Assembly (NCBI RefSeq): GCF_032062105.1
Contig: NW_026938254.1
Coordinates: forward strand, 248,001-312,000
Length of the DNA stretch: 64,000 bases
From: Saccostrea cucullata
Lineage: Eukaryota
Reading direction: 5' to 3'
The stretch's first letter is position 1; every line of letters begins with the position of its first letter. The translations under genes and the position numbers were made by a program. The notes under the pieces were generated by a model, which had not been told where the DNA came from, did no database searches, and was given only the letters and a program-made list of their open reading frames with translations. This document shows, piece after piece, positions 60,685 through 64,000 of this stretch.

Positions 60685-60962
60685 ATTTCTTGATCATGAT
60701 AATGAGCACCTGGCGGGTTAATCTCAGTTGAGATTCTGCTGGGCTAGATATTTGGAATTGACGCCCGCAGAGCGTCAAGTCCAAATATCTAGCCCAGCAG
60801 AATCTCAACAGAGATTACTGGCGGGTGTGACCGGTCGGCAAGGGGTTTCACTCCTTCATGATACCTGATCCCACCTCTAATGTTTTAGAGGTCCGGTCAT
60901 ATTCGCTCTGTCCCTGATTTGTATATTTTAAATGGACTGTTGAGCCTGTTCGTTATTTCAAT
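60685..60962 (+). mobile_element. Penelope-like element 3' fragment, interrupted by a hairpin MITE
   Basis: Similar to the reverse complement of 34335-34500 (ggcgggtgtgaccggtcggca..cctgatcccacctct..gaggtccg..gttcgttatttc). Confidence 0.75.
60719..60817. mobile_element. 99-bp fold-back MITE with a 9-bp TSD
   Basis: 46-bp arms (taatctc..gacgc / gcgtc..gagatta) around a 7-nt loop. TSD ctggcgggt at 60710-60718 and 60818-60826. Confidence 0.9.
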
Positions 60963-62905
60963 AAAAGTTTTAATCCCCTACTCCACTTTTTTATCAAGTT
61001 TGTCCAGTGGTCTAGCTTATACTTTATTTTTGAAAGTGGGTGGGCTCCTCATAAACAACTTATGAATAACTTCTCATTATCTTTTTTAAGGGGGTGACGT
61101 GGGGGTCCAATGTCTTTTTTAAACAAATATCTCAAGACCCCTAGACAAGTGAATGTAACGAACTTTATGAATTAAGCTTTTAAAATTTTATCAGCTTTTA
61201 TGTAACAGTTTAACTTTTATGTTACAGTTTAAACTTGAATTAATTTGCAGATTTTTAGTCATAGCCATGGATCGATATATATTTAATGTATACAAATTAA
61301 TCTTGCTTACAAGTTATAAATGTATATTTTTACCTGACTGCATTAAGATTCCGGGGATACTAAGTATTCACAAACACAAACACACACACATAAGAAATTG
61401 TAAATAGGGCACTACAGTGTGTAGATAAGTATCATCAAATAATGTCAGAGTGTCTCGGTCACTGACATTCAGTCGATATCACCATGTCCTCAGAAACTCT
61501 GCCTTGTCTGTGGGGCAGCTTTATGATAACAAAATCTGGGTCAAGCCTCATGCACGTGCTTAAAGTGTGTATTTATTTTTTTTTTGTTTATCCGAATGCA
61601 ATCAGAAAAAGGCAGAATACTTGCATGACTTAGTTTTCTATGAAACTAAAATTAATCTAGGTATCGGGAGCGATGATTTCTATTTGCAAAATATATTGAC
61701 ATTCTGAAATTAAATGAAAAAAAAACCCGCGCCAAATTTGTTTCGTGCAAACTTCTGAGACGCCCCATTATTTCCGTTGCTTTCAGTTTCAGTACTAGGC
61801 ATGGAGGTCGTTATTTTTGCTTACTGCGTGTTTTTCACGACTAGTACAATTACAGTTTCAAAGAAACTTTTTGAATAGTCTTATCAAACTTTTTACGCCC
61901 AGACGCTGGTACACAGTGGTGAGAGCTACTAAAGTGCATCACTGAACATTTTTGGACCTTAACATTTCTTTAACCTTGACCTTACTTTTCCTACATTTGT
62001 GTTCAGCTCAAAATTCAAAGGAACTGTTCAAGATATTTTTACATATTGACGAGAACTATTCTACTTCATCAATAGTGTTTGACCTTGACCTTTCAATATT
62101 TGACTTTGACCTTTCTTTTGAAATTTTCTTCATTTTTCTTAAATTTGTGATTAGCTTAGCTAAGATTCAAAGACACTTTTCAAAATATTTTTATCGAAAT
62201 TTATACGCTGATAAATATTGATGAAATCCGTTTCACTGCCTCAACATCTTTTAACCTTGACCTTTTTTTTGACCTAACATGATATAAAGTACATGGTAAT
62301 CTCAATTTCAACTTAGGATATTTTAATCAAATCTTACATGCTTATATACATTTTGGCTAGAGCTATTAAACTGAATCGACTTTTTTTTTTTACCTTAGCC
62401 TTTCTTTGACCTTGACCTCACATATCTTTTAAAATGATATCGAGATCATCAAGTTTAAAGAAACTATCCAACTTGAAGGTATTTCATCCAACTTCATTCA
62501 CTGATTTTCATTATTGAGGAACCCTGGACGGGACATCCATGTCCTATGGACATATTATTAATTATATACCGAAACTTATATCTTTAAAAATGATAATTTC
62601 AGTGATTTGGGGCTTTTATTTCAATGAGTCGACACTGAAAACATGCAGTTATATATGTTCAACCATAGACGTTTGCACAAACATGTGCAAAAGGATTGGC
62701 CTACATGTATCACAGAAACAAATATTTATGCAATTTATTTAAGTATTTACATGTATTATTACTTGTTTTAAAACTCATTTATATTTAAAATTTTCTCTCT
62801 TTAGTTCATTTGGAGTCAATGAAGTCACCTGCATAAAAAGAAAGACAACTCTATTTGAAGCACGAGAGTGTACTTTCATTTTGACAACACGGTCATGTGT
62901 CAGAC

Positions 62906-64000
62906 ATGGCTGTGCCATTCTTCAATGACACACGGTATTTTAGCTTTAGTGTAAAACTTCTGTTATCGGAATGTGAAGACGCAGCGAAACCTCCAGAAAA
63001 CACCCAGGATATTGCTTCTGAATGGAGTCTCGGGGCAGAGATATCCTCGTGGTTGAGGAAAAACATTTTTTATAACGAGAAAGTGAAAGTTGATACCTCA
63101 TGTTCGCTGATCAGAAGCTACCAAGGAGAGCTGGACATATATAGTGGATTTATTCTTGCGTGCATTTTTGTAATTTTCTTCACGTTAGTGCTGCCCTTAA
63201 CTTTCGTCAAGATTTTGGATTTCTTTGATAAGAAGTCGTGGAGATTGTTAACAGAACAGATAACTAGGCCTAGTAAAGACGATGATTCCATTTCTGAAGA
63301 CTTGGATGCTAATGAATACAATGAAACAGCTGCAACAAAACCCACATCACGGGAATTTATTCCTCTCTCTCACACTGCTTCTTACTCTGGGAATACATTT
63401 ACCCCCAGCTGTGACCTCCCATCATTCCTGAGGCGGACCGTGGATTGTCTGTTCCAAGAGCTTGACAAACTCTTGATAGGAAGGAATCCGCCTCAACAAG
63501 AAGGTCCTCTACACAGTACGGTGACTTCTTCCGTCCGTCTACCACGCCGAGCCTTACCTAGAGCCAGCGGAAGGCAGAACAGTTCCCCTACATTGTCCTC
63601 ACAGAACAACGAGGATGATACTGAAGCTCTCGCCTACAGAGAGTTCCTACATAATATAGTATACAACGGCACTTGTACTCAGATGATTGACATCCCAGAA
63701 TCTGTCCAACGGCCACTGCAAGGAAAAGGTAGAAAATTGATGGACTTCTACCTCAATTGCTGTATGGTCAGCTTTGAGGAGGTTTGTGTGTCAAACTTAA
63801 TAGTTAAATATACCATTCACCTTATAGACAAAGTTCTTAAAACAATGAAGCCATATAATGGTATCAGATATATACAGTGTTGTCCAACCGGAAGCATGCT
63901 GAAAGGCACAAAGGTTGGGGCTGCAAATCAAAGTGACTATTTCTTTGTATTCCAATGTACAGAGTTTGGACTGTCGTCTTTTATTGATCACAGTATAAAT
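62906..64000 (+). CDS. Transmembrane Mab21/cGAS-like nucleotidyltransferase-fold protein, partial (open to the window edge)
   Basis: 365 codons with no stop from ATG 62906; upstream in-frame stop at 62882 and an acceptor at 62804. Hydrophobic segment GFILACIFVIFFTLVLPLTFV (aa ~81-101). Motif PTGSMLKGTKVGAANQSDYFFVF at 63884-63952. Confidence 0.75.
   Translation, partial: MAVPFFNDTRYFSFSVKLLLSECEDAAKPPENTQDIASEWSLGAEISSWLRKNIFYNEKVKVDTSCSLIRSYQGELDIYSGFILACIFVIFFTLVLPLTFVKILDFFDKKSWRLLTEQITRPSKDDDSISEDLDANEYNETAATKPTSREFIPLSHTASYSGNTFTPSCDLPSFLRRTVDCLFQELDKLLIGRNPPQQEGPLHSTVTSSVRLPRRALPRASGRQNSSPTLSSQNNEDDTEALAYREFLHNIVYNGTCTQMIDIPESVQRPLQGKGRKLMDFYLNCCMVSFEEVCVSNLIVKYTIHLIDKVLKTMKPYNGIRYIQCCPTGSMLKGTKVGAANQSDYFFVFQCTEFGLSSFIDHSIN

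Overview
AT-rich, intron-containing eukaryotic DNA. The repeat content (Helitron-N2/HINE-type elements carrying 166-bp Cg170-like satellite units, a Meta-type SINE, a Naiad-type Penelope fragment) suggests an oyster or other bivalve; this is an inference. Genes from left to right: (1) CLINT1/epsinR on the minus strand, 11 coding exons, running off the left edge; (2) a spliced minus-strand gene in which signal-peptide and acidic micro-exons join a 3.2-kb exon encoding OTU protease + 2 C2H2 fingers + an intact MULE DDE transposase + SWIM, followed by a last exon that is open in two frames; (3) DDX49 on the plus strand, 12 exons, with a shortened N-terminus, an 8.6-kb Gypsy LTR element in intron 1 and a minisatellite made of its own exon-7 splice acceptor (the Gypsy has clipped outer LTR ends, an extra zinc-finger ORF in the env position and a nested Penelope-like RT fragment); (4) mitochondrial CLPX on the plus strand, 10 exons; (5) an ankyrin-repeat/SOCS-box gene on the minus strand; (6) an ORF absent from the ORF track and open to the right edge, encoding a transmembrane Mab21/cGAS-like nucleotidyltransferase-fold protein. 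Many non-autonomous DNA elements fill the introns and intergenic space. All exon models were read by eye from GT-AG sites and frame continuity; no transcript data or searches were available.
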